Below, piece by piece: positions 35,201-50,200 of a stretch of DNA of 64,000 nt (position 1 is the first letter of the stretch; every line of letters starts with the position of its first letter). The stretch lies in NCBI GenBank assembly GCA_021734865.1, contig JAIPIC010000001.1:4166-68165 (forward strand). Direction: 5' to 3'. The DNA is from Candidatus Woesearchaeota archaeon. Its GTDB lineage: Archaea > Nanobdellota > Nanobdellia > Woesearchaeales > JAIPIC01. The notes under the pieces are model-generated. The model saw only the letters and a list, made by a program, of their open reading frames with translations. It ran no database searches and was not told where the DNA came from. The translations under genes and the position numbers were made by a program.

Positions 35201-38200
35201 AACTGTAACTAACAACTTCACATATGTCAATACTTTGGCTGTACTTGGTTGCAGTGCTGGTGGTGAAGATGTAAACTGTCAAGTAACATTAAGAGCTACA
35301 GACAAAGGAGAAAATGCAAATACTTCAACATACAATATTAAAATAGATGATAGGGCTCCTAGACTCAATATATTTTATTTGAATGATTCGGTTGTCCAGA
35401 GTTATCAAAATGTAACTTTCAACGCACAGGTTGATGATATTTATTTGGATTTGGTATGGATCGAAACAGATGGTAGTCCAGTTGGTTTCATGGAGAATAT
35501 AAGCAGTAATGATTTTGAGTATACTCTGAATGTATCAGAGAATAAAACTTATACACTTAATGCAAATGACACAAACAACAATCTAAACTTCAGTCTCACT
35601 GCTCCAGTATATATTGATGATTTACCTCCTAATCCGATTAGGTTCTACTCGAATGATACAAATAATCTGACATCTCATACAAATCCATTACTATTCTATG
35701 TGAATGCTGATGATATTGATGGCATCACTCCAGACTTTGCAAAGGACGTGTATATCAACGGTACAATTATGGGTCACGAAGGAGGTACTTACAATTATAC
35801 TTTAGCCTCAACCCCAAATGATTTAGGATGTACGTCTTCTGCAGATCAGACCTGCCTTTTGAGAGCAACCGTAGTTGATGAAGCAGACAACACAGATTAC
35901 ATAGATTATTCAATTGTTTTAGACGCGAGTCCGCCTAGAATATGGCTTTTTGACTCCAATGATACAGATGATGTTGCAAGATCAGACAAGATTCTCAATT
36001 TTAGTGTCAATGCAGATGACATTACGTTGATTAATGTCACTGCAAACCAACAGGAATTTACTCAGCTTGGTTCTACCGTAGTATTCCAGTACATTGGTAG
36101 TCCGCTAACACTGGGATGTCCACCTGGCCCAGATGAATCTTGTACAATTACAGTTAGAGCAGATGATTTAGCTGAAAACACAAACAGCACTAACTACACT
36201 CTAATTATTGATGATAATAGTCCGTCTGTTTCTCTTTTTACGGCAAATGACACTATCGTACAGAGCGGCATCAGTGTAAATTTAACTATTAATGTCTCTG
36301 ATCCAAACATTTACGATTTTGATATATATAATGAATCTTTGCAACTTGCCTGTACCCTAGACAGAAAGATAAGTGGAGAGACTTCATACTGCATTGTAAC
36401 ATATTATGAACAGCACAATTTCACAGTCAATGCTTCAGATAGAGCTGATAATGTAAACAATAGTGAAACTCTTGCAATATATATTGATGATACTCCCCCA
36501 GTTGTAAATTACTTTGTTTCAAGCCAAGGTGACAATGTTAGCCAGCCAAGCCAATATGTCAACTTCACAGTTTTAGTTACTGATGTTGATGATGTGCCGA
36601 CGCAATATGCAGAATCAGTAAATATAAATGGAACGCCAATGACTAGAAGCCAGAATCCCAATCTCTGGTATTTGTATACACGACCCATGGACATAAATTG
36701 TCCTGGTGAAGCTTCAACATATGACTGCATACTTATGGCCAATGCTTCCGATGAAGCAGGAAATATTGACACAGAGATATATGTCATAACAATAGACCAA
36801 AATAATCCAAACATTCAAAATCTCACATCAAATGCAACAAATGATCTGGCGAGACTTTCATCTGTGTTGAACTTCAGCGTTTTATCGCAGGATGATAATC
36901 TAATGAATGTGACAATAAATGGTTCATATATGAGTAGAGTTGCTGACAGTGACTATTATTACAACATTACAACTCCTGCAGATCTCGGTTGCGGTTCAGG
37001 GAATAATCAACCTTGTATACTTGTTTCAAGAGCCGTTGATATGGCACTAAATACAAATGAAACGACATATATTATTTACATAGATGAGATAGCACCACAA
37101 GTGACTTTTATAACTGCAAATGATACAATTGTTAAGAATTCAATCTCTGTGAATATTAGTGTAGATGTTACTGATCCTAACTTAGAACTTGTATGGGCAA
37201 TGAACGAAACTGAAATAATTTGTTCAAACATGGTAGAAACTGATACAGATCAATATTCATGCGTATTCTTAACTTCTGATGATACTCAAAATATTACGAT
37301 CTATGCAAATGACAGTGTAGGAAATTTAAATGATTCAGTCCTTATAGAAATTGTTGTTGATACATTACAACCACATCTTCACAGTTTTGAAACAAACGAT
37401 TCTGACAGTATTGTTAGTATGGAGCAGCCTATAAATTTTACAATATATATGAATGATACATACGCAAAGAGTATCAAACTTAATGGTTCAGATATGAACC
37501 AAATCGGCGATTCATACTACTATGATATTGTGAAGACACCAAATGAGCTAGGATGCACGTCTGGAGATGGAGTTGATTGCATTATTGGAGTAATCTCTGA
37601 GGATGAAGCTGGAAACACCAATACATCTGAACTAATAATATCAGTAGATTCTATTAGTCCTTTGATTTCACCAATCATTATCAATGACAGTGATAATGTA
37701 AGTAATAATGGTGTAGATATCAATTTCACTGTCCATGTAGATGACAGCTATGTAAATTATGTCAGATTGAACGGTAGCGACATGATTCAGGATCAGGTAG
37801 ACACGACATTATTTTATCTAACCACCACACCGCTGGCTTTAGGTTGTACCATGACTTCAAATGTAAATTGTACCGTAGCTGTGACTGCAACTGATCTTGC
37901 AGATAATTATAATGTCACCGATTATATTATTGAGATTGACAATGTTAATCCAGTAAACAACTGGGCAAGATCAAACGATACTGATAATATTTCAAAGCTA
38001 TACTCTGAGATTAACTTTACGATAAACACAACTGACAAGTACATGTCTTTTGTCAGCATTAACGGCACAAACATGATTCAAACTGAAGACCCATATATTT
38101 GGTATTTTAATGGAACGCCAGATGAGTTATCATGTACCGGCGGCCCTAGTACTGTCTGTTTATTAGGGATGGAATCTGTGGACCAAGGAGGTAACAGAGA

Positions 38201-41200
38201 GGTTAGTATTTACAATCTAATAATTGATACAATTGCACCATTAGTGTTGGATTATAACTCAAACGACACTGTCATAAAATCCGAGACTTTTGTCAACATA
38301 AGTGTAGCAGTATCTGATGCGCATATTGACGATGTGTGGATCAAAAATGTCTCAGGAGACACTGCCTGTCAAATGCAACATATTGCAGGTAATGATTATG
38401 CATGTATTGTTTCAGTACCTGTCACTCAAAATCTAACAATTTTGGCTAATGATTCTGTAAATAATATCAATGATTCCAATGATATTACAATCTATATTGA
38501 TGATACTCAACCCGTTTTGAATAATTTTACATCAATTAAGGCAGATAATATTCTTAATTCAAGCAGATACTATAATTTCACTGTGAATATTACGGATATA
38601 GATGGAGTATTCACTGATTATGCTCAGTTTGCAATAATTAATGATAGTCATTACATGATGAATACGTCCAACCCACAAATATTACATTATTATGGTAGAC
38701 CGATTGACATGGGATGCACAAGCAGTGCTAATGGTACCTGCATACTCAGAGTCAAAGGCATCGATGAGGCTGGCAATGAAAATACTATAGACCAAAATTT
38801 CACAATTGATGACGTTGAACCATCAATTGATAATGTAACATTAAATGATACTGTAATACAAGCTGGGATATTCATTAATATAAGTGCTATCGTGTCCGAT
38901 CCACACCTTGATAGTGTTTGGGCATATAATGGAAGCACAAAAATATGTACAATGACTAAACTGGGTTCAACAGATCTATACCAGTGCCAAGTTTCGTTAA
39001 CTTCAAACACAGGAATTTATGTTTATGCAAACGATTCTGCGCAGAATATGAACTCATCAACTGAGACAGAAGTGTATGTTGATGGTACAAATCCCTTGAT
39101 ATTAAGCATAATAAGTGATACTATTGAGAATATTACAAATAGTCTAACATCAGTTATTTATGAAGTCAACAGTAGCGATGTTGATTCTGCTTGGCCAGAT
39201 TATGTTAATGCAGTTTCGATAAATGGCTCAGATCTAAGCCAGACTGGTCCTGAAATACATTGGGAGATTACTTCAACACCAGCAGACCTTGGCTGCGGAA
39301 GTGGAGAGAATATTTCCTGTATTTTGGAAGCATTATCAACTGATGAAGCTGGTCTCTCATCAACACAAGAATTCACACTGGTTATTGATGATTATTCGCC
39401 AGGTATCTATGCTTTCATTTCAAATGATAGTGATAATGTATCAAGACTCGATCAGGAGTTGAATATAACTGTAACAATTACAGATATGAATCCGTTTAAT
39501 TATACACTTAATGGAAGTCAACTCACGTATCACGGCTCCGATAATTATGGGTTACTGATAACACCAGAAATCAAAGGGTGCACAGGAGGTGAAAATTCAT
39601 CGTGCATATTATCCATTAATGCGGCTGATAAAGCACATAACACCAATCAAAGCTTCTATGTTATGCAAATCGATACGGTCAGTCCAAGGGTTAATGATTT
39701 ATTTGTAAATGCAACTCTCAATATTACTAAGTCTGATGTAGATATTAATTTCACAGTAAATGCGAGCGATGTTCATATCCTAAATGTAAGCTTAAATGGA
39801 ACAACAATGGAGTTAATTGGTGATAATATATTTGATGTTGTTCTACAAGCTGACCAACTAGGGTGCAGTAGTGGTGATAATATTGAATGTATTATCTCAG
39901 TAACAGCCATCGACAAGGCAGATAATATTAATACAACTGAACATATTATCACAATTGATGATGCGAATCCAGAGATTAACTCCATATATACTAACACATT
40001 AGACAATATTACAAAGTTTAATTCCAGTATCAATTTTACATTCAATGTATATGACAGTTATATACAGGATGTAAGATTGAACGGCAGCAGCCTGGAAAGA
40101 ATTGAACAGACCAATGATTGGTGGATTAACAGAACTGCACAGGAATTAGGATGTGCAAATGGAGAAAACAGTTCCTGCCTTCTCCAAGGATATGCTGTTG
40201 ATGTTGCAGGCAATTTCATTACTCAAGATTTCTCGATAATTGTGGACAACAGATCTCCTCAAGTCAGTTCATTAATAATTAATGATTCTGATAACATCAC
40301 AAGAAGCAACGTAATTATTAATTTTTCAGTCTATTCAAGTGATACAAATATCTTCAATGTTTCTTTGAACAATACACAGATGCAGAGGATTGGTAACTCT
40401 GATTATTATGATCTGCAAAGTGCACCATCCACTTTAGGATGTTCTTCTGGAGATGATGAAAACTGCACACTTCAAGCATTTTCTCTTGATTATGCAGGAA
40501 ATGAGAATACGACCAGTCTGAATATTGTGATTGATGATGTTAACCCATATGTAATAAATTTTACTGTAAATGATAGTGTAGTAAATACAAATTCTGGAAT
40601 CAACTTCACGGTAAATATAACCGATCCAAATATCAAAGAAGCATGGGTACAGAATGAAAGCAACCAAGTCTGCTTATTGACTGAATATTCGGCTGACTAT
40701 TATACCTGTGAGATCAACTCGGTTGACACAGAGACATATACTGTGTATGCAAAAGATTATGCTGATAATATTAACAATACCCAACAACTGATTGTGTATG
40801 TGGATAGTATAAAACCTGAGATGTCTGATTTCAATGTGAATCTTTCTGCTAATATATCAAAAAGCAGAAACATACTTAATTTTTCAGTCAGTGCAAGCGA
40901 CATAGACGGTACAGGGCTTGATAATGTCATCAATGTTACTATCAATGGAACAAGCGCAACACAGGTTGGTTCAAGTAATATATGGTATCTTGTAGCAACT
41001 CCTGAAAGTCTGGGATGCGGAAGCGCTCAAAATTATTCCTGCTTGCTAACTGCTAGGGGAATTGATGAAGCTGACAATTTTGAGTATATCAATTTCAGCC
41101 TGATTATTGATGATAAGACACCTAGTATCGATAATATTTGGATGAACATTACATACAATATATCTACAAGTTGGAATGTAATCAATTTTACAGTCAATGT

Positions 41201-44200
41201 TACAGATCCAAACATGAAGAACAGCACACTTAATGGAAATCTCATGAATTGGGTTGACAATGGTGACTTGTGGACATATTCTGCTACACCTTCCAGCTTA
41301 AATTGTTCTTCAGGAGAGAATGAATACTGCAATATAATCTTAGAGGTATATGATTTCACAGATAATAAGAACACAACAGACATAACTATTTTCATTGATG
41401 ATGTTGCTCCTGCACTTAATCAATTAATATCAAATGATAGCGATAATGTTTCAAGAAGTGATGTCGTTCTTAACTTTACGATTAATTCATCAGATCAAAA
41501 TCTTCTCAATGTTACATTAAATGGAACAGAGATGATTCAAGATGGCAATAGATTTTACTTAAGCTCAACACCATCAGATCTGAATTGTGGAAGTGGATAT
41601 AATGTTCCATGCATACTTGGTGTAACTGCAGTCGATAAAGCATTCAATATTAATGTTTCAGAATATGTTCTTAATATTGATGACTATCCATCTAGAGTCA
41701 CTAATGTTGGCCTCGATGATGATATTGTCCAAAGCAATACTCAGGTGTATCTAACGACTGATATTATTGATGAGAATCTTCGTTTCAATTACGTATTCAA
41801 TGGGTCAATCAATATATGCAATATGACATTATTTTCAGGAAATACATACAACTGTTCTTTCCTATCTTCTGGGTCATCTCATAATTACACAGTTATATCA
41901 TACGATTATGCAAATAATGTTAATGACACTGTGAATTTCACAACTTATGTAGATGATAAAGAGCCAAGTGTGTTGTCATTTGGCTCAAATGACACAGATA
42001 ATATTGTAAAAAGTAGTTTTATTGTCAATCTTTCTGTTAATGCTTCAGACAGGGATGCGACACAATCAGATATGGTGGATAACGTCACAATAGGAGGGCA
42101 GAATTTAACAAATCTTGAACCAGGAGATGTTTGGTATATTGTTACAACACCATTGACAGTCGGATGCGGTTCTGGTGACAACCTCAGCTGTGAGCTTTAT
42201 GCAGTAGCACTGGATGATGCAGGCAATCAAAATATGACAAATTATACATTAGTTATAGATGATGCTGATCCTGTTGTTGTTTATTTCAACTCAAACGACA
42301 CTGATTATGTGACCCGCTTGAATTCAATCCACAATTTGACAATAAAGATGACTGATTCAAATCCGGATTATGTTATGTTAAATACTACTGTGATGAATAC
42401 TACTCAAGATAATACTATATGGTATAGTGTTATGAATGCTTCTGTTGCTGGATGCCCTCAATCTGGTGAGAATGTCTCCTGCACAGTAAATAGTTATTCG
42501 TATGATATCTTAGGCAATATGAAGATTGAAACTATTGATTTCATAATTGATGAAGTAAATCCAAATATATCTGCAATAAATGTGAATGATAGTGACCTAA
42601 TTGTCAGGAATGACCGGCCCCTAAACTTTTCACTGCTATCAAGCGATGCAAACATAAATAATGTGAATATTAACGGAACGGAGTTGACAAATACTCAGGA
42701 TGTGCTTTGGGAAACTTCTACAGATCTTGATTCGTTTGGTTGCACGCTTTCAGATAACAGGACATGCACGATTATAGCTACAACATATGATAAGGCAGGG
42801 AATACAAACAGTTCAGAGATTACAATGATTGTTGACAATTTGCTCCCAAGTGTTGACACACTGTACAGTTCAGATATTGACAATGTCACTAGAACTAATG
42901 TTTCAATAACTTATTTTGTTAATGTAACTGAACATAATATCCAAAATGTTACATTAAATGGAACTGAGATGAGTGTTCAGGGGAATGGGGTTACTTATGA
43001 AGTCACCGCCACACCTGCTGATATAGGATGTGAATCAGGTGTTAATTATAATTGTACTTTAGTCGTAACAGCCCAAGACAAGGCAGGCAACATGAATTCA
43101 TCCACTTATTTTCTCACTATCAAAGATGCTATTCCAGGAGTAGAAGATTTTATGATAAACAAGACGGTCAACATTTCAAGAAGCAACAGCATATTAAATT
43201 TCAGTGTAAAAATAATAAGTGATAATATTGATAACGTTACAATAAATGACAGTACTTTAATGAATCCTATTCCTGGTTCAGAAAGGTATAATCTTGTCAC
43301 AACCCCAGCAGACTTAAATTGTCCTGAAGGAACAGAACAATATTGCATATTAAGAGTCAGTGCAATTGATTTTGCTTCAAATGGTAATTACACCGAGATG
43401 TCCATATTCATTGATGATGTCAAACCAACAATAAATAACATTGAAGCAAATGATACAATTGTAAATTCGTTTGTTGATGTCAATATTTCAATAAGTGCTT
43501 TGGATATAACTATCAATACAACCTGGATAAATAATAATTCCGGAATTGAATGCATTGCTGACTATCATGGTTCAAATATCTATTCATGCGTATTCCCTGT
43601 AGTGGAAACACAGAATTATACAATATATGTAAATGACACTGCATCAAATGTTCAGGCACAAAACATTACTATTTATGTTGATGATAAGGCACCGTATGTT
43701 ACTAGTTATTACAGCAATGCATCTAACAATGTAAGTAGATCAGATGTTGAAGTAAGATATACTGTTGAGGCAGAGGACATCGATGATGCACCAACTCATG
43801 AAATCGAATTTGGAGATATTAATGGAACACAATTAGATAATCATTCAGACAATTACACTTGGTACATTATAGCATCTCCTTCAGATCTTGGTTGTTCGGC
43901 TGGGAATAATACCACTTGCGTTCTAACTTCAAGTGTGACCGACGCTGCAAATAATATCAATACTTCAAATTATTCAATCATAATAGATGATTACGATCCT
44001 GCTGTTTTCGATCTATTCTCTAACGATACAGACAATATCAGCCGAGATTCAACAGTTGTAAATATATCTGTGTCAGTGCTCGATCCGAACTTCAAAGAGG
44101 TAAGAATAAATGGATCTCTCATGAGTCTCGCTGGTTTCCCAGGTAATTTCAGTTTAACAAGTTCATTATCTGGTCTGGGATGTAATTATTCAATTAGCAA

Positions 44201-47200
44201 CCTTTGTGTGATAGCAGCAACCGCATATGATTATGCTGGCAATCATGAATCGGTTGAGATGAGTATAGCCCTTGATAATACAAACCCCATTATACTATAT
44301 CCTGATAGTAATGCTAGTTATAATATCACAAGAAGTGATATCGACATAAATATTTCTGTTAATGTAACCGATGCAAATCTAAGGTCTGTATATGTAGAAG
44401 GAAACTTGATGTCAAGAATTGGATTGTCAGACATATTTGAGTATACTGCAAATGCAAGTTATCTTGGATGTACTAGTGGTACCAATGAAACCTGTTCATT
44501 AGAAATAACAGCATATGATGAAGCAGACAATTCTGAGACAATCCCATTCAGTATTATTATTGATGATGTAAATCCTGATGCATTCAATCTCAATGTCAGT
44601 GATAATATAAGTCAGTCTAATACGACCATTATATTCTATGCAAATATATCGGATGCAAACATTGAGACAGTAATCATGGAAAATATAAGTACTACTGCAT
44701 GTGTAATGAACCTGGTTGATAGTCTGTTCCAGTGTGAGATCAATACAACCATAACACAGAATTATACTCTAAAAGTTTTGGACAAGGCTGATAATCTTAA
44801 TGATTCCTTGATGATTTCAGTATATGTTGATGACAATGAACCAGAAATACTAACGCTTATATCTAATGATACTGATAACGTCTCTCGACATGATATCTCA
44901 CTAAATATCAGCGTGAACGCCTCTGATTTTGATGGTATACCATATGATGAAGTCCAAGCGGTATACCTTAACCAATCTGTACCTTTGACTCAGTTAGGTA
45001 ATACTTCAATTTGGTCAGTCCAGACTATGTTAAGCGACTTGAATTGTGATACTGGAAAATCAGAAATATGTTTGGTTACTGCAACTGCATATGATTTTGC
45101 AGATAATACAAATACTACCGATTATTATATTACAGTTGATACTTATACGCCAAATATATACAGATTGGTATCCAATGATACTGATAATATATCACGAAGT
45201 GATATTTCAATCAATATTAGTGTAAATGTAATAGAAGAAAATATCAGATCTGTTGTCCTGAATGAATCAGTTATGGACCATGGCCAAGGAGAAACGTGGT
45301 ACTACTCAACAACACTATTTGATGTATGTGATGATGAAAATGGGAGTAACTTAACATGTGTACTTCGTGCAACAGGCATTGATCTTGCAGATAATTCAAA
45401 TTTCTCTGATTATATTATTACGATTGATGATGAGTTCCCATATCTCTATAATAGTTTCATCAATCTGACAAAAAATGTGACCAATTTAAACAAGGACATC
45501 AATATAAGTATATATGTTGATGAAAGTCATCCTAAGAACATTTCAGTAGATTACATATCTGCGGTTCAAAATTATCAAAATCCTGCTTCAAATGAGACCT
45601 TGTATTCTGTAATTCTTTCACCATCTGATTTAGGTTGTATTTCTGGAGCAAATGAATTGTGCATCCTAAACTATACTGCCTTAGACTATGCAGATAATTT
45701 AGCATATAATGAAATAAATTTGTACATAGATGATGAAACACCAAATGCTATAGAATTCAATTCAAATGATACAATAGTCCGATCAAATACTACAATTATG
45801 CTTTATGCAAATGTCACAGATGATAATCTGGAGAATATTTGGACTACTAATATGACCGGTCTTGAATATGAAAGATACTGTGATATGAGTCATTGGTATG
45901 GACAGAGATACAGGTGCTATTACATTATCAACTCCACTTCTGAGTTCTGGTTGTATGCAAATGATAGTGCAGAAAATTTCAACAATAATCTTAACATTAC
46001 AGTTATCGTTGATGACGGATTCCCAGGTGTTGACAATTTATCTATAAATGATTCAGACAATATTATTGTCAGTTCACAGATAATTAATTTTACTGTAGAA
46101 GTCTCAGATCCGTATGTTGCTTCAGTGGATATAAATGGTACTCAGATGTCATTAAGTGCTGAACTGAGTCTTTATGAAATTGTAACTGACGCTCAAAGTC
46201 TGGGTTGTCCAACAGATGTGTATGCACCTTGCTATCTTCGTGCAAATATTTATGATGAAGCAGGCAACTACAATTTTACCGACCTGAATATAACTATTAA
46301 TGATATTGCACCTAAAATATCCTTCATCATATCAAATGACTCGGATAATATAAGCAGGTCAGATGTGGAGGTCAATTTCACAGCTGAGATCAATGGATCT
46401 GAAATAAAATTCGTAAATTTGAATGGATCAAATATGACTGAAAATAGTGAAAACAGTTACTCACTCAATATTAGTCCAAGTAGCTTAGGATGTCAGGCTG
46501 GAAGGAATGAACCCTGTCTGCTGATTGGTGTCGTAGAGAGTTATTCTGATTTACAAGGTACAAATAATTATACAATAATAATTGATGAAGGGATACCTTA
46601 CACTTATTTATTTAATGCGAACAAATCCGTAATAAAAACAGGTAACGAGATTAATTTCACTGCAAATGCGTCTGATGAACACCTAGAAAATGTCACAGTT
46701 GTTAATAGTACTGGTGATCTGGTATGTCTAATGGATACCTTGTTAGAGAATGAGTTCTTTACTTGTACTGTAAGTATCAATGCTAATGATACACTCACTA
46801 TGGTAGCCCTTGACAAGGCTTCAAATAGTGAGGATTCCAGGACTGTAGACATATTTATTGATGACTTGTTGCCAAATATAGATTCCATTTCAACTAATAG
46901 CAGCAGATTGAACAATCACACCAAGTCAGACGAGATTCTGAGGATTATAATCGATGCTAGTGATTTAGATGGAATTGGATCAGATCATATAACAAAAGCT
47001 AATTATACAACAATATCTGATAGTGGTCCATTCACAAGAATAGGTGTAACCTCTTCCTGGTATATGGATAGAAATATCTCTGATTTTGGGTGTTCGACGG
47101 GCGCGAACGAATCATGTATAATTGAAATCAGTGTATTTGATGAAGCAGGCAATTCTCTCGTTCAGAACCATTCATTCATAATTGATGATGTTATTCCATC

Positions 47201-50200
47201 AGTTTATTCTTTAGAAAAGAATAACACAAATGCTGTAGTGATGAGCCTTGAACCAATTAATTTCACAGTAAACGCATCTGATTTAAATATTTATGAAGTT
47301 ATCATAAATAATGTAAGCGCTACCTATATAGGAGATAATATTTGGTCATTGACAACAAATGCTTCTAATCTTTCATGTACAAGTGGAGATAACATCAGTT
47401 GTCAGGTCAGAGCAGATGTATATGATTTTGCTGGTAATGTAAATTCAACAAATATATCTATAGTAATTGATGACATGGCACCAGCAATTAACTGGTTCAT
47501 TATTAATAGAAGTAATAATATATCCCGTAGTGATGTATTAGTCAATATATCAGCAAATATCTCAGAAAATAATTTGTATTCAGTAACTGTTAATGGTAGC
47601 TTATTGAGTCAGCTTGCTGATTCTGATATATACTTCAACCTTTCAAATTTAAGCACATATGGGTGCTCCGGTGGTAAAAATACTCCTTGTATACTTGGAT
47701 TATCTGCAGAAGATATCAGTGGCAACCTAAACACTTCCGAATTGATTGTATATATTGATGACTATCTGCCTCTGATTCCAGTAGCTAATGAACACGGACT
47801 AATTTCCAATGTGTCTACGAACATCACTAGAAGTGACAAAGTCATAAATTTCTCAGTAAATAGTTATGATGAAAATTTTAGATATGTTACTTTGAATGGG
47901 ACACTTATGGAACTGGGAGCAGGAAATATAAGTCATGTGAATCGCACTGTCCAGCAATTATGCGGTGCCTATGATGTAGAGAATGAAACATGTATATTCA
48001 CAGCTTTTGCGTACGATTATGCTGATAATGTCAATTCTTCGACTTATAACATTGTCGTTGATGATATTCCCCCGACTGTCGAATCTTTTGACTTTAACGA
48101 TAGTGACAATACAACAAGAAGCGATATAATGCATAACTTCACTGTGTACGTTACAGATCCATTCCTAGTCAATGTTACTATTAATGACACAGAGATGGAA
48201 AGAATCGGTGAAACAGATTATTGGCAATATATAGGAACTCCAGGAAACTTAAGCTGTAGTAGTGGGACAAATGTTATCTGCCTACTTCGCTCCACTGGAA
48301 CTGATATTGCTGGTAATGAAAATTATATTGATATGGAACTCAAGATTGATGAGGGACATGTTAATATTACTGATTTAGATGTTAATGTCACACGAAAACT
48401 CGATTGGAGTCAGCCAATCATGAAAGTTAATTCAACTGTCAATTTCACAGTATTAGTAAATGATGATAATATAGTTAATGTCACTTTAAATGGTACAGAG
48501 ATGAATCAGGTTGGAGATTCATTTATGTACAGTTTAGTGACTACACCGTATGCAATGAACTGCCAGACAGGTGCAAACAATAATTGCTCGTTCCAAGCTT
48601 ACGCCATAGATGCAGCAGGGAATAATAATGTAACTGATCTAATAATAACCATTGATGATGTTCCTCCAGTTGTACTAAGGGCATATTCAAATGACAGCGA
48701 CAACTACTCGCGAAGCGATGTTGATGTAAATTTCAGCGGAATTGCAGATGACCCATATATGTATAATCTCACAGTAAGGGTCAATGGTATGGATCTTGTT
48801 AATGACAGCTGGCATTACGTAGCAAAACCAGTGGATTTAGGATGTCCTATTGGTGTTGAGACCACATGTGATGTGTGGTTTGAAGCCTTTGATATTGCTG
48901 GCAATAATATGTCCAAGCTCTATATTATTAATGTTGATGATGTTCCTCCAACCGTTACAGATCTTACGGCCACCAATGCTCAGGAGGGAAGCCAAGAGAC
49001 AGGATATTTACCAGTTGTCAGTCCGCTTGAGAACACATCCTGGGCTGTGACAGCTTCAGATACAAACACATTTACATTGAATTTCTCAATGAATAATGGA
49101 ACTGAACATGGTAACGGAACTTGGGACTTCATGACATATTCAGGAAGTGGGAACATATATTCACTCACAATGAATGTCATAGATTATCTTGCCAAATCAA
49201 ATAAATCATATGAGTTTGTTGTTGTTGGTGAAGATTATGCTGGAAATAAAGCAAACTCAACTGAATATGTTTATATCGCAGAATCTCAACCGAGCGTCCA
49301 GAATGTTACAGTCGATAAGGTGTTTGTTGAGACAAACTATGAAAATGTAACGCTCAATTTCAGTGTTCAGAGTTATGTGCAGGTCATAAATGTTACAATT
49401 AATTTCAGCAATTCTGGAAATGAGGAATTTTTAACAGATAATCTTGGAGCAAGATCAGGCAATTTCAGTTATAATTTCTCACCTAAGAAAACAGGATATT
49501 ACAATGTGACAATAAGAGTAGTAAATCTTGCTGATTCAGTTGGGACGTCTATCAATGAGGAATTGTTCTTTGCTTCTGGAAGCACAACAGGTGTGATACT
49601 TTCTACTGTTGATGAGTGTAATATTTGCAGTGAGAACAATCTAACCTTTGACAATATATCAAGGGATTCTCCTGGCACACTTGTACTGAATATGACGTTC
49701 AATAATACTGGACGGTCACCTATGTACGGTACTGACTTGGATTCACCTATCACAGGACCAACTGTATCTTTCAATCTTCCAACGGGTATCTCAATTAATG
49801 CATCTAATGATAAAATCCAGTGTGATGTCATTGCTCCAAATACATCATGTAATTTTTCAATTAATGTGACAATCAATGTATCAGCAAAGGTTGGTATAAA
49901 ACAGATTATGGCTATTGGCTCGTGGAGCAATTCAGATTATTCACCAGGGTCTGTTACAAACGAAGATGCAGAACTTACACTTAATGAGTTCAAGGAACTG
50001 GAAATTCTTGAAGAAAGTCTATCGCATAACAGGGTTTTCTATGGGAGGAACTTCACAATAGGCAATTTCAGTCTGGCGTCTTATGGTAATATTGCCCTTC
50101 ATGATGTTAATATATCAGTAATCAGTGGTAATCTCAGTTCAGATAATGTAACGCTCAATTCATATTATATCCAACAGTTGAATATCTCTCCTGATGCAGT

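Noticed and set aside
32315-48945. Possible CRISPR array or assembly-collapsed tandem repeat
   Set aside because: Repetition is visible only at protein level. No identical 25-45-bp repeats with spacers were seen, and no cas genes.
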